A DNA stretch of 64,000 nt from Camelus dromedarius (taxonomy: Eukaryota), in assembly GCF_036321535.1 (NCBI RefSeq), contig NC_087437.1, forward strand, positions 74,836,001-74,900,000, in the 5' to 3' direction. Of this stretch, positions 38,484 to 51,085 are shown piece after piece (position 1 is the stretch's first letter; every line of letters begins with the position of its first letter). The translations under genes and the position numbers were made by a program. Below the pieces are notes generated by a model. That model saw only the letters and a list, made by a program, of their open reading frames with translations. It was not told where the DNA came from and made no database searches.

Positions 38484-40875
38484 TTTTTATCTGTAAAATA
38501 TTCACTTTTCCTTATTTAAAAAAATTCTTTTTTACTTTTTTTATTGAGTAATAGTCATTTTACAATGTTGTGTCAAATTCTAGTGTACAGCACAATTTTT
38601 CAGTTATACATGAACATATATATATTCATTTTCACATTTTTTTTCACTATGAGCTACCACAAGATCTTGTATATATTTCCCTGTGCTATACAGTATAATC
38701 TTGTTTATCTATTCTGCATTTTAAAATCCCAGTCTGTCCCTTCCCAACCCCCGCCCCCTTGGCAACCACAAGTTTGTATTCTATGTCTGTGAGTCTCTTT
38801 CTGTTTTGTATTTATGTTTTTTTTTTTTTAGATTCCTCATATGAGTGATCTCATATGGTATTTTTCTTTTTTTTTTAACATTTTCTATTGATTTATAATC
38901 ATTTTACAATGTTGTGTCAAATTCCAGCGTAGAGCACAATTTTTTAGTTATACATGAACATATGTATATTCGTTGTCACATTTTTTTCTCTGTGAGCTAC
39001 CATAAGATCTTGTGTGTATTTCCCTGTGCTATACAGTATAATCTTGTTTATCTGTTCTACAATTTTGAAATCCCGTGTATCCCTTCCCACCCTCCGCCCC
39101 CTTGGCAACTACAGGTTTGTATTCTATGTCTGTGAGCCTGTTTCTGTTTTGTATTTATGCTTTGTTTGTTTTTGTTTTTTTTAGATTCCACATATAAGCG
39201 ATCTCATATGGTGTTTTTCTTTCTCTTTCTGGCTTACTTCACTTAGAATGACATTCTCCAGGAGCATCCATGTTGCTGCAAATGGCATTATGTTGTCATT
39301 TTTATGGCTGAGTAGTATTCCATTGTATAAATATACCACTTCTTTATCCAGTCATCTGTTGATGGACATTTAGGCTGTCTCCATGTTTTTGGCTATTGTA
39401 AATAGTGCTGCTATGAACATTGGGGTGCAGGTGTCATCCTGAAGTAGGGTTCCTTCTGGATATATGCCCAGAAGTGGGATTCCTGGGTCATATGGTAAGT
39501 CTATTCCTAGTCTTTTGAGGAATCTCCATACTGTTTTCCATAGTGGCTGCACCAAACTGCATTCCCACCAGCAGTGTAGGAGGGTTCACCTTTCTCCACA
39601 GCCTCTCCAGCATTTGTCATTTGTGGATTTTTGAATGATGGCCATTCTGACTGGTGTGAGGTGATACCTCATTGTAGTTTTGATTTGCATTTCTCTGATA
39701 ATTAGTGATATTGATCATTTTTTCATGTACCTATTGATCATTTGTATGTCTTCCTTGGAGAATTGCTTGTTTAGGTCTTTTGCCCATTTTTGGATTGGGT
39801 TGTTTAGTTGTTCCTTATTAAGTCGTATGAGCTGCTTACATATTCTAGAGATCAAGCCTTTGTCGGTTTCATTTGCAAAAATTTTCTCCCATTCTGTAGG
39901 TTGTCTTTTTGTTTTACTTATGGTTTCCTTTGCTGTGCAGAAGCTTGTAAGTTTCATTAGGTCTTTTTTATGTGTTGTTGGATTCTATTTGCTAATATTT
40001 TGGTGAGGATTTTGGCGTCTATGTTCATCAGTGATATTGGCCTGTAATTCTCTTTTTTGGTAGTGTCTTTGCCTGGTTTTGGTATCAGAGTGATGGTGGC
40101 TTCATAGAATGAGTTTGGGAGTATTCCCTCCTTTTCAGTCTTCTGGAAGAGTTTGAGAAGGACTGGTATGAGTTCTTCTTTGTATGTTTGGTAGAATTCC
40201 CCAGTGAAGCCGTCTGGTCTTGGACTTTTCTTTGTAGGGAGGTTTTTTATTGCTATTTCGATTTCATTTCTAGTGATCGGTTTGTTCAAGTGGTCAGATT
40301 CTTCTTGATTCAGTCTTGGTGGACTGTATGTTTCCAGAAACTTGTCCATCTCCTTTAGGTTATCCAGTTGGTTCCATATAGTTTTTCATAATATTCTTGT
40401 ATGATATTCTGTATTTCTATTTTATTTGTTGTAATTTCTCCATTTTCCTTTCTTATTTCGCTAATTTGTGCTCTCTCTTTTTTCATCTTTGTGAGTTTGG
40501 CCAGAGGTTTGTCGATTTTATTTACTTTTTCAAAAAACCAGCTTTTGGTTTGATTGATTTTTCTAGGTTTTTTTTAAATCTCTATTTTATTTATTTCCTC
40601 CCTGATCTTTATAATTTCCTTCCTTCTGCGGTTTTTGTTCTTCTTTTTCGAGTTCTTTTAGTTGGTGGGTTAAATTGTTTATTTGAGATTGTTGTTGTTT
40701 TTTGAGGAAGGCCTGTATCACTATAAACTTCCCTCTTAGCACTGCCTTTGCTGTGTCCCATAAATTTTGTGTGGCTGTGCTTTCATTTTCATTTGTCTCA
40801 AGGTTTTTTTTTTTAATTTCAGCTTTGATTTCCTCATTGACCCATTGGTTTTTTAATAGCATATTGTTTAATCTC
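38484..40875 (-). mobile_element. Composite 5'-truncated L1 (antisense): two tandem 3' UTRs and internally deleted ORF2
   Basis: ORF2 peptides on the minus strand ([23 protein letters not shown]...[34 protein letters not shown]); perfect 12-bp TSD tagacaattttt at 38472-38483 and 40876-40887. Confidence 0.93.
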
Positions 40876-41800
40876 TAGACAATTTTTGTGTATTAATTTA
40901 TATTGTGGTGATTTTTGGAACTCTGGACCAAGTTACATATCTCAAACTTTTGTAACCACCCCCCACCACCAAATTGTATTTTTTCCCATTGAAGTAGTCC
41001 ATTTGTGCAAAACAGAATCAAGTTAATCCTTTTTCTCCTTCACACTGGTGTCTGTAAGTAACCTTCAATCACAATCACACAGGTGATTAAAATTTAGAGT
41101 CATTTTCAAAGGTTCTGTAGTGATGGAGTACAGTAAGACTAAGCTAATAGAAGATGACAGGATGGTGGAGGATTTTAAAATGAGTCAGTGCCCATCATTA
41201 CCTTGTATGTGGTTAGTATAAATTGGCATCTGCAAAATCTACAGGGTTGTAATTCCACTTCGGCATCCCTTACCCAGAGAGTTTATGTAGATGCCATCTA
41301 TGGAATTATAACTCTAAAATTCAGATGTTTTAAATTTCATTCTTAAGATATAAAGTTTTTGTGTGGATACTAGTATAGAATTATAGTTTCATAATTGAGA
41401 TTTTGAAATTTCATGTGATACACCACTGAATCCTGGATCCACACATTAGCTTTCTGTATTCCCTCCTGTATCTCACTCCTCCTAGTTTACCTGGTGGTCC
41501 AACACCTGTTCCAGTGGTGTTAATCTTTGGGGCAAAGAGTGGAGTGGGTATGCGGTATGGGCCTAAAGTCGTTCACAAATATTAATTTATTGAAACTAAT
41601 CAAAGCTGCATAAACACACAGATCAGTATAATAGTGCTTCCTCATTCTCCATCACAGTTCCTTCAGTCTCTCTCCTCCTGTAGAAATTATTCTGCAACTT
41701 GAGTTTTTAAATATATCATCTGGCTTTTTTACAGCACTTGTCAGTTTATATTAGATTTGACTCAAACTTTTTCTTTAAGAAAAAAAATTTTTAATGTAGG

Positions 41801-41914
41801 TTTTTTTTTTTTTTTTCCTTTTGGTGAAAAAAATTTAATGGAGGTACTGGGAATTGAACCCAGGACCTCATGGGTGCTAAGTACACACTTTACCACACTG
41901 ATGTATACCCTCCC
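41801..41914 (-). mobile_element. tRNA-derived SINE (vic-1-like), second copy
   Basis: ggaggtactgggaattgaacccaggacctca homologous to 14735-14770; preceded by poly-T. Confidence 0.82.
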
Positions 41915-41934
41915 TTCTTGGATTGTTTTTCTTC

Positions 41935-42370
41935 TTAACTTTTTCTTTTGATATAACTTAGACTTTTCAAAAGGGTGGAGAAGATAATATAAAGAATTCC
42001 GATATGCTTTTCACTCAGATTAGGCAAAGGTTGATGTTTTTCCACACTTGCTTTATCTTTCAGCCTCTTGCCCTTCCTCTCTTCAGATGTATGTAGCATG
42101 AATCCATGGGTTCTTTCTTATTCTTTTTATGCTAAGGGTTATAATCTATTCACTATCAGAATAAATTCTGTGGCTAAAGTTGTCCTAGATTTGGCTAGTA
42201 GGAGCCCATTCAAACTGAATTTTATTTTTTTTTTCATGTCACCATCATTTCTGAACATTTTTGTGCTTGCTGGAGCCACAAGATGTTCCACGCTCATGTT
42301 ATACTTCTCTTTCCCCTGCTGTAACCCTGCCATCATCTCCAAGGAACCCTGGTTCCTTTTATCAGATAGT
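41935..42370 (-). mobile_element. Old L1MC-type 3' end fragments
   Basis: ttgatataacttagactt... and caagatgttccacgctc...catctccaaggaaccctggttcctttta motifs. Confidence 0.6.
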
Positions 42371-42399
42371 GCTATACTTCATTTTAAAAGCTGACTCTT

Positions 42400-45300
42400 T
42401 TTAAAATCATGTATCTAATTTTTAAAATGGCTGTATAATAATCAATTACTATATGTTGGTGTGTAGCAATTTTGCATGGTATTCCATTATTATACATTGA
42501 TATACATCAACACTCCCCGATGGATGGGACTTCACTTTTTCACTCTTTTAACAAAAGAGTTCTTTATGCTTATATTTTGGGGACACGTGCACAAGTATTT
42601 CTTTAGTATTCTCAGAAATAATATTGCTAGATTAAGAAGTAGTAATTTTAAATTTAAATAGATAGTGCTAAAGTACTGTGCAAAAAACTTAAATTCTCTA
42701 TGCACTTAACCAATGGTCTGAATTTTCTCAATGTCCTGATTGTCACCAGGATTTGATATAATCAATCTTTAAAAATTTTGCCAGGTAGCATCAGAACCTA
42801 GGCAAAAGTTATGGAATAGATTTTTCTTCACAGCCCTCAGAAAACCAACTATAATATTTACTAATATTTGTAGTTTATTTTTGTATAGACTTTTAATCCA
42901 TCTGGAATTTGAACATGGTATAAATTGTGTGTGCATGGAGAAGATAGATTAATTTCATGTTTTCCTCATGCATACAACATTTTTAAATAGTTCAACCTTT
43001 TCTACTTATTTGAAATGCATTGTTAGTATAAACCAGTCCTACCGTGCTTGAATCTTTTTCTAGACAATCTGTTCCTTTTCACTGACATATTTTTCTATTT
43101 CTGCCCCATTAGAATTTCTTAATTGCTATAGCCCTTATAATGTGTTTTGACATTTGGTAAAAGAAGTATCCCTGTTTTTTTTTTTTTTTAATAGCCTCTT
43201 CTTGTGGATGTTCTTTTCTATATGAATTTTTAAAATAAGCTTTTCAGGTTTAATTCTAAAAAAATTCTTGGAATTTTGATTGGTAGTTCATTGAATTTAT
43301 AGATTAATTGGGAGAGAACTGACATATTTATGTGTTGGTTCTTATTCCTGTATTCTTTTATATAGTTGAGTGGTGTTTTATAACATCATAGTATATCATA
43401 GTAATTAAGAACAAGGCTTTGGTAGTTAGACTGTGTTCAATTTGTAGTTCTACAAGCTGTGCTATTATGGGGCAGGTGGTTAACCTCAAAGAACTTCAAT
43501 TTACTCATTTGAAAATGGCAGTAATAATAATAGTATTATATCACAGAGTTGTTGCCAAGGTTAAATGACATATGATGTAACAAGTGCTTAGAAAACTTCT
43601 TACACATAGTATGAGCTGAGGAATTGTTAACTATTCTTCATTTGGTTCTTGTATATTTCTTGTTAGGTTTAGTCATAGATATTTTCTGACTCTTCTTGGC
43701 TTTCAAATAAGACTTTTTTCCCTCTGTTGCTTTTTCTAGGTAGGAAAGCCATTGACTTTTTGCCTGTTGATTTTATGTCTCACCATTTACTGAACTATTT
43801 TATTCTAATAAGATTAAATTTAAATTTAATTAAATTTTCTACATAGTTTTCATTTGCAAATAGTGATGGTTTTTTGTCTTCATTTCTGTTACTTATACTT
43901 ATTTCTTTTTTTCTTATTTTAACTAATTACGAATTAAATAGAAGTGATAATAGCAGACATGCTTTTTTGTCTTGTTTTTGTCTGAATGGAATTCTTTTTT
44001 GTTTAACCATTAGGTGTGATACTTGTTCTAGTTATTATTCCTTTGCATTAATGCCTTTTGTCAAACTGAAGAAGTCAGTTTAATGAGTGCCTTTTATTTA
44101 TTTTTCACAACAGGAGATGGGTATTAAATTTTAGTCAATGCTTTTTGACATCTGTTGAGGTGATTTAGTTTTGTTTTTCTCATTTAATCTGTTAAAGCAG
44201 TGTGTTATTATAGTAGAGTTTATGATGTTGAACCATTCTTGCATCACTCAAATAAATCCAACTAGTTTACGATGCATTATTCACCATGTTAATTTTGCTA
44301 GTATTTTATTAAAAATTTTTTTGCCTTAATGTTTACACATCAGACTGGCTAGAATTATGCTTTTGTTTCTCTTGTCTTGTTTAGTATTGGTATATAGATT
44401 ATAGTAGAATGAGGTGGGAAGCTTTTCACCTCTATTGTTGATTTGGATGAGTTTAGTTGAAATGAATTTCTTGTTTACCTATAGACTTGGTAGAACTTCC
44501 ATAAAAAATCTGTGATCCTGTTATTTCCTTTTTACTTTCATCACTTTTCCATCGTTATAACTGTTAATCTGTTAAGATTTTAAAATTCTTGGGCCAAATT
44601 TATCATTATAATTTCTTATAAAAATACTTATTTTATTTAGATTTTCAAGTTTGTTGATACGGAGTTTTGCACAGAATATTCTTACAGAATTTCTCTTTTC
44701 TTCCAGTCTTGTAGTTTTGTCTACTTTTACTTCTCTTATCGTGTACTTCTGCCATCTTTTCTTCTTGGCTAGAGAGATGTAACTGTTTTGACTATCTTTA
44801 AAAATGAAACAATTTTGGATTCTTTTAATTAAGTCGACTAGGTTTATGTTAATTTTATATGTATATTAACTTTTTTAAACATTCTTTGGATTTATTTCAT
44901 TTTTTTCTGTTTCCTTGAGGCATGTATTTTATCTGTTCACTTTCAATCTCTTTCTAATCTAAACAGCTCAGGCTCTTATTTACTACTTGCATTATGGCTA
45001 TATTTCACAGGTTTCAAAATGTAGAACTATCATTTTTGCTTATTTTTCAGTAGTTTATAAATTTCATTTTATTTCCTCTTTAGCTCAAAAATTATTTTTA
45101 AAAAATATTTTAAAAATCTATAAAGGCATAGGATTTATTTTTGAGGGGGAAATGTGAAATATCTTCTTCTTACTGTTCTAATTTTAATAAATGTTGATCA
45201 GAGAATATAGCCTGTTTTATATCTGCTCTTTGAAATCAGCTGAGATTTTCTTGTGGCCTAATGTTTTAAACATTGGAAAAATGTGACTCTCTGATAAGGA

Positions 45301-46680
45301 AAGAGTCTAATACTACTTTCAAATTAAGTTATTCACACCTTCAATATCTTTTTTTCCCTCTTGATCCTTCAATTTCTGAGAGAAGTGTGCTGGAATCTCT
45401 GACAGTGCCAATGAATACATCCATGTTTCTTGTATTTCTATTAGTGTTTGTTGTATGTGTTTCAGAGTTGTTAGATTTGTGGCACATATGTCATTTTGTT
45501 TAAGTGAACCTTTTATTAATTTAAAATATCCCTTTATGTTCCAGTTAATATTTTCTAATAACTTTATTTCTATTTTTGTCTAATATCCTATTTTTTTTTT
45601 CTTTCAGTTAACTTTTTATTACTGTATATTTTGCCACCGCTTTATTTAGAGCAGTGCTCTTTTATTTTTGGTCTCTCTTATATAAATGGAATATAACCAG
45701 ATTTTTGACTCAGTCTAAATGCTTCTATCTTTTAATAGGAAATTTGTCTACACATTTATAATGACATCTATTATGGTTGAACTTATGATGCCTTCTAATT
45801 TTATGTTTTATATTTGCTTTGCTACCTTGGTTGTTATTTGTTTACACTTACTTGGTTTTTGTTTATTTTGTTCTGCTTTTTTTTTCCTTTTTCTCCATTT
45901 GTAAGATTGGTTGAGATGTGATTTTTGTTTTCAAGGAGGAAGATTCTTTTTTTTTCTATTCCAATAGTTTGAAAATTATTTGTTCCATTCTATTCTTTCT
46001 GTGAATTACCTTTTACATTTTAAGCAAACATATATAAGCATATTTAATTTTCTTATCAAAGTTTATAGTTAATCAGTATCTGTATCTTCTCACAAATAAG
46101 TCAAAATCTTAGTATGCTTTTATTTCTCTTCCTTACCAGTTTCTTCTCTTTTGATTATTTTATATAAAATTTATTTACAAACTTTACAGTACTTTATCAC
46201 ACCCTGCATATGTGATTAGACTATAAGACTAAAAAATTGGTTTTGCTTATCATGCTATCTTCATCCCATATCTTCTTCACTTATTTATTAGTTTAGATTA
46301 TTATATTAGAATATAATCCTGTAAATTCTCAAATAATTATTTCAGAGTCTATTGGTGATACATTTTTGGAAGCTTTGTATCCTTAAAAGTGCCTTTATCA
46401 TCCCCACCTCAGTACTTGTTTAAATGGATAAAGAAATACTGGTTCAAAAATTATTTTTCTCAGAACCTATTGCTCATTTGACTTCTTGAATCCATATTGT
46501 TAATGAGAAGTCTGATGTAGCTGTGGTTATTAACTTTTGTAAATTACTTATTGTTTCCTGTTAGAGAGCTTTTAGGATTTTTTTTCCCTTAACCTTTAAT
46601 AATTCCCATGATGTGTATATTGGTGGAGTCTTATCTTTTTCTAATTTTTTGTACTCAGCAATTGGAGGATTCTTTCAACT
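42400..46680 (-). mobile_element. Long, very degenerate L1M (ORF2 to ORF1 region)
   Basis: T-rich antisense L1 landmarks in order: cattgaatttatagattaattgggagagaactgacat, gatgttgaaccattcttgcat, tagaatgaggtgggaag, ttgatcagagaatatag, aatgagaagtctgatg. Confidence 0.72.
43395..43635 (+). mobile_element. MIR inserted in the old L1M
   Basis: ttaagaacaaggctttgg...ggggcaggtggttaacctc...ctcatttgaaaatgg...agtgcttagaa. Confidence 0.78.
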
Positions 46681-46699
46681 TATTTATTTCCTATTGGCT

Positions 46700-47055
46700 G
46701 TGCATTCAAATAGTTCCAGATCCAATCACTATCACCTTCTCTACTGGTGTGATGCTGGTTTGAGCCACCATCGTGTCTCATCTGGATTATTGCAGAAGAC
46801 CTCCCACTGGTCCACTGGTCTCCCTGCTTCCACCCTTGACTCCACTCTTCCAGCCTTGCCCCTCTGTAAGCAGCCAGAGTAGTCTTTTAAATATTCTATA
46901 CAAAGTTCTCCAGTGATCTTCCATTTTACCCAGAGAAAAAGTAAGTCTTTACCAATGTTTTGCAGCATCCTGCTTGAAATACTTATCTGCCCTTTGTCTC
47001 ATCTTCTTTCCCTCTCATTCCTCTGTAGGCACCAGGCCTCCTTACTATTCTTCCT
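46700..47055 (+). mobile_element. L2 fragment
   Basis: gagccaccatcgtgtctcatctggattattgcagaagacctc...ctggtctccctgcttccacccttg. Confidence 0.78.
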
Positions 47056-50000
47056 TGGATTTCAGCAGGAGACTAATATGTCTTCTTATCTACTAGCTTG
47101 ATTCTATCTAGTTTTTGGTTTATTTAAAAATATTTCTTTATATGATGCCGTGGTCTGTCAGCAGAGACATTAGGGATAATTGAATGGTTGGGCAGTATTT
47201 GCAGTCTAATGCCATATAATTTATTCTGTGTAGAGTAAGGTCCATACAGAGTTAGAAGACATGGGCATCAGATCCTTGAATCCAGTTTTATGGATTAAGT
47301 TGAAGGAACCAGAACCTCAGGCTTATAGGCAGGTAGGGGCTGTGGAGGGTGGATTTGCCTGAGTCCATCGTCTACCTGTCACCACTCCAAGTCACATTGC
47401 AGTGCAGTGATTCAAACCCATCAGCCTTAGAGATGAGGGGGTACATTATAAGGAGAGTGGACTTTGTAGTTACTTAGAACTGGCCTCAAATTCCTGGGTT
47501 CTTCCACTGAGTTGCTGCCTATAAGTAGATTCATTTTACATTCACTTGTTCAGTGGCTATTTATTGAGTGTGAGTGTCAGGCTTTGTTTTAGGAGCTAGG
47601 GATATGTCAGGGAACAAAATAGACAAATATTTTTTGCTCCAAGTTGTCTTGAATTCTGTTGAGAGAGCTTTCATTCTAGTGGTAAGTTATCTGTAGTCTC
47701 TATAGATTTCAGTGTTCTCATCTATAAAATGAGGCTATAGCATCATAAACCTAATATGAATCCTGTAGAAATAGAATAGGCACAGTACGAGGCACATGGA
47801 AGCTCTCAGTGTCTTTTAATTCCCTCCGTTCTTATTCTCCTACAGCACTTCTCTCTAGCACTTACTGTAATGCTCTGTAAACCAATTCATGTCTGGTACA
47901 TAGCAAGCAACAGATGAATTGAATTAAGGTAGACAGCACTGACTGTCAATGTGTAGGTAATTTTCTAAGGATATTGCAGACACTTTCACTGGAAGGTGCT
48001 GGCACTCTCAGTTGTGGGTTCTACTGGCCTCCATCCCTGAAGATCACTGGGGATCTTTATTAGGATGAGACAGGGAGCTTTAGGAAATTTTGTAAAGTGT
48101 TTTTGTTACCTTTTTTGACCTCCAAACTGTGGAGGCTTGATCACTCCTATAGCATTTTTCCTGATTCCTTTTTTAGGGGCCAGGATCATATGACCATTTC
48201 ACTTGGTCTCTTATACGTGTGATTGCTTTGTGCCCGTGTTCATCTCAGTTACTTAATGTCATAAGGACTTTGCATACTCAACTTTATGAGAAAATGTAGA
48301 AAACACACATTCTAGTAAGAAAGACATGTCGTGGATTTGGCTGTCATCAAAAGGGCCTGCCATGCCCCTGGAATCTGTTATGGCTCAGGATCTGAGGCAG
48401 CTAGAGGAACCCATCCAAAAAACCAGCTCTGAAAGTAATGATATAATATGGAGTAATGGAGTTGAAATTTTATGCTAAATAATGTTTTTAAACTAGATGC
48501 CATGTTGCCAGTGTGTTTCTAAATTGACAGTCATTGTGCAGAAGTCCATGATGTCCCTAGTTTATGTCTTACCTGAGCTGGCTGGGAACACATCAAAACT
48601 TAGAGCTTCAAGTTGTTATAATGTGCTGCTTGCCATATTGTGGTTATGACAGAAGCAGAGCTTATAAGTTTTCTTCTAAATTACCTCTTTGAGTTGACAT
48701 TTCTCTTAGGTATAATCTTCCCTAAGATTAAATTTGGTTAGGCCCTTTATAGTTCAGAACTTAAGCTAGTTAAAAATCTTTATGCACTTCATTAGATTCA
48801 GGATCATATAAGTCTTGTTCATTTCAACTTTAAGAAATCTTCAGAGATTTTGTAGGGATTTTAGCAAATTTAGAAAACAGTTTTGGTTATACTATTCAGT
48901 ATTTTCATGAATAAAAATATGGCACTTCTGAGATATTCCCTAAGGGATCTAATTTAGTCTGGTGCTTAGATTTTAGAGTCGTTTTCTCGATCACGGAAGG
49001 TAGCTCAGTGGTTGGGCCAGATAGGAGTCTGCTCTCTGTGTCCCCAGTGTGGATAAATGTGGAGGGTGTTCTAGCTCCAGATTCCTTCAAGAGGTTATTC
49101 AACTCCCCTCTTCCAGGAAAACTGCCTTATGTACCACCCTGTGCAGTAGGTCTACCAGGCAATGGTTCTCAAAGCTGGTAAGAGTTAAACAATCTCCTGC
49201 ATAGCTTAAAAAAATTCACATGCTCAGACTCCAGCCACAGAGCATATGAATTGGTAAAGGAGATATGACCTTGTCCATGAGACCCCTCTTTCTGACAACA
49301 CAGTTTGGTGGCCACAGCACACCAATCGACCCATGATCTGTGGCATACGGAGCAACACTTCCAACAGCAGCAGGATGACGTGGATAGGCTGGGAGAAGAA
49401 AGAGGCTGCACACAGGCGATGGCCACAGCTGGAGGCTAAATTAGAGACTGAGAATACCCACTGCTGAGCAGGGGACAAGCACATAGACTACTCCATTTCC
49501 TCCCATTGTATTTCAGACTATAAAGCCAGTTTCTACCTTAAAATTCTCTCTTCTTGAATGTGTCATTGGTCATGTGCATGTGTGTATGTTGGGGAGTTTG
49601 CTCTCCATCTTCCTTTCTCAGTTTATTTATAGACATTTAAGTAGAAAATGAGAGAGAAAGAGAGATGATACAGACAAAGATAGAGAAATGGACACTTCTG
49701 GAAAACTTTAAGATGGAAAAGACATTTTAGGAGGAAACAAGAGAAGAACTGCTCTTGGAAAAGATATATGAAGTGATAATTGATGGAGAGTAACAGTATT
49801 TTTCTTCCCCTTAGTTCTGAAGATACCTTGATGACTTCGAACATTTGTATCTCAGTTTCCCAAGGGAGTAGCTTTCTTTATAGACTGGTAACATCATCAT
49901 GGAAGATGATCAGTCATTAAAAAGTCATTAAAAGTCTTATATAGGGAACCACCTGTTGTTTATTCTAAATATAGCCAAGAAAGTCCTGAATAATTATTAC

Positions 50001-50531
50001 TTATTCAAACAAATTTTTATTGATGAGGATGCTAGCCTCATGGAGCATACAGCCTGACGAAGAGACAAGTAGGTAAGCAGGCAGTGACACATTACGTGGC
50101 AAGTACTGTGATGGGGGGGCACAGAGAAGGTGGGGAGTGGCTCACCCAGACTTGGGGAGCGAGGGGAGGCTTTGAGAGGAAGTGAGATCTCCTGAGGCGT
50201 GAAGAGGATCTGACTGAAAATGGCCAAATAATTAAATGTGCTGATTCTTGGTAAGAAGGCAGGATCCCATACCTGGAGAACTGAGAGCGAGACTAAATAG
50301 CTAGACTGAAGCCAGCAGGAGAAGAGGCTGGAGGGTTAGGTGGGGTCCAGATGTGAAAGACCTTACACATCATGTAAAGACGTTTGAAAGTTACATTGGG
50401 TGGCCTATTTGATGTACAGATTTCATGTTTAGCCGCCTTTGTCTTTCTATCACAGACATTATAATAGCATGGGAGGTATTGCCATTCTGTTTGTCACAAG
50501 TAAATGGGAACTTTCAGAAGTAGGTGGTATG

Positions 50532-51085
50532 TGTATAGAAAAGGGTTGACACTAGAAGGCTTGCTTACAAGACTGGCCCTTGGCTGGCTTCGGGAAACTT
50601 GGCTGGTAAATGGTTCCTGACACTGATAAAAAACTTACTCTAACAGATAAGGGTGGCTTACTGTGTCTAGACTGTGCAAACAATGTGATTTTTGCTGATG
50701 ACTGTCTTTCTGGGACTCTGAAATTTTGATACATCCTGGGCAGAGGGTATTTATACAGCCAGCCCCAGTAAAAAACAAAAACAAAAACAAACAAAAAACC
50801 AGAAAACCTTTGGTGCTTAGTCTCTAAAGGGCTTCCCTGGGCAGAAGCATCACACACATGTTGCTACATTTTCATAGCTAGGGAAAGAGTAGTCTCTGTG
50901 TGATCCTTCATGAGAGGGAGAGGACATAAGAAAGCCACGCAAGGATTCCTCCAGACTCCACCTGTCTTTTCCCTATGCACCAGTGTATGTCCTGCTGCAT
51001 CGCCATGAGTGCAGGTGTGTGCTAAGTCCCATGAGACCTTCTAATGCCTCTCCTAACACAGGGGAAGTCTTGAGGATCCCCAACA
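50532..51085 (+). mobile_element. Solo LTR, MER21-like (ERVL group)
   Basis: TG...CA termini (tgtatagaaaagggttgac / gatccccaaca); ggcccttggctggc and gggcttccctgggcaga motifs recalled from MER21. Confidence 0.72.

Noticed and set aside
49160..49464. Segment with several overlapping short ORFs and Charlie-like ends (caatggttctcaaa ... tgagaatacccactg)
   Set aside because: Probably a degenerate hAT MITE, but the termini are too poor to call, and the ORFs show no protein similarity I recognise.
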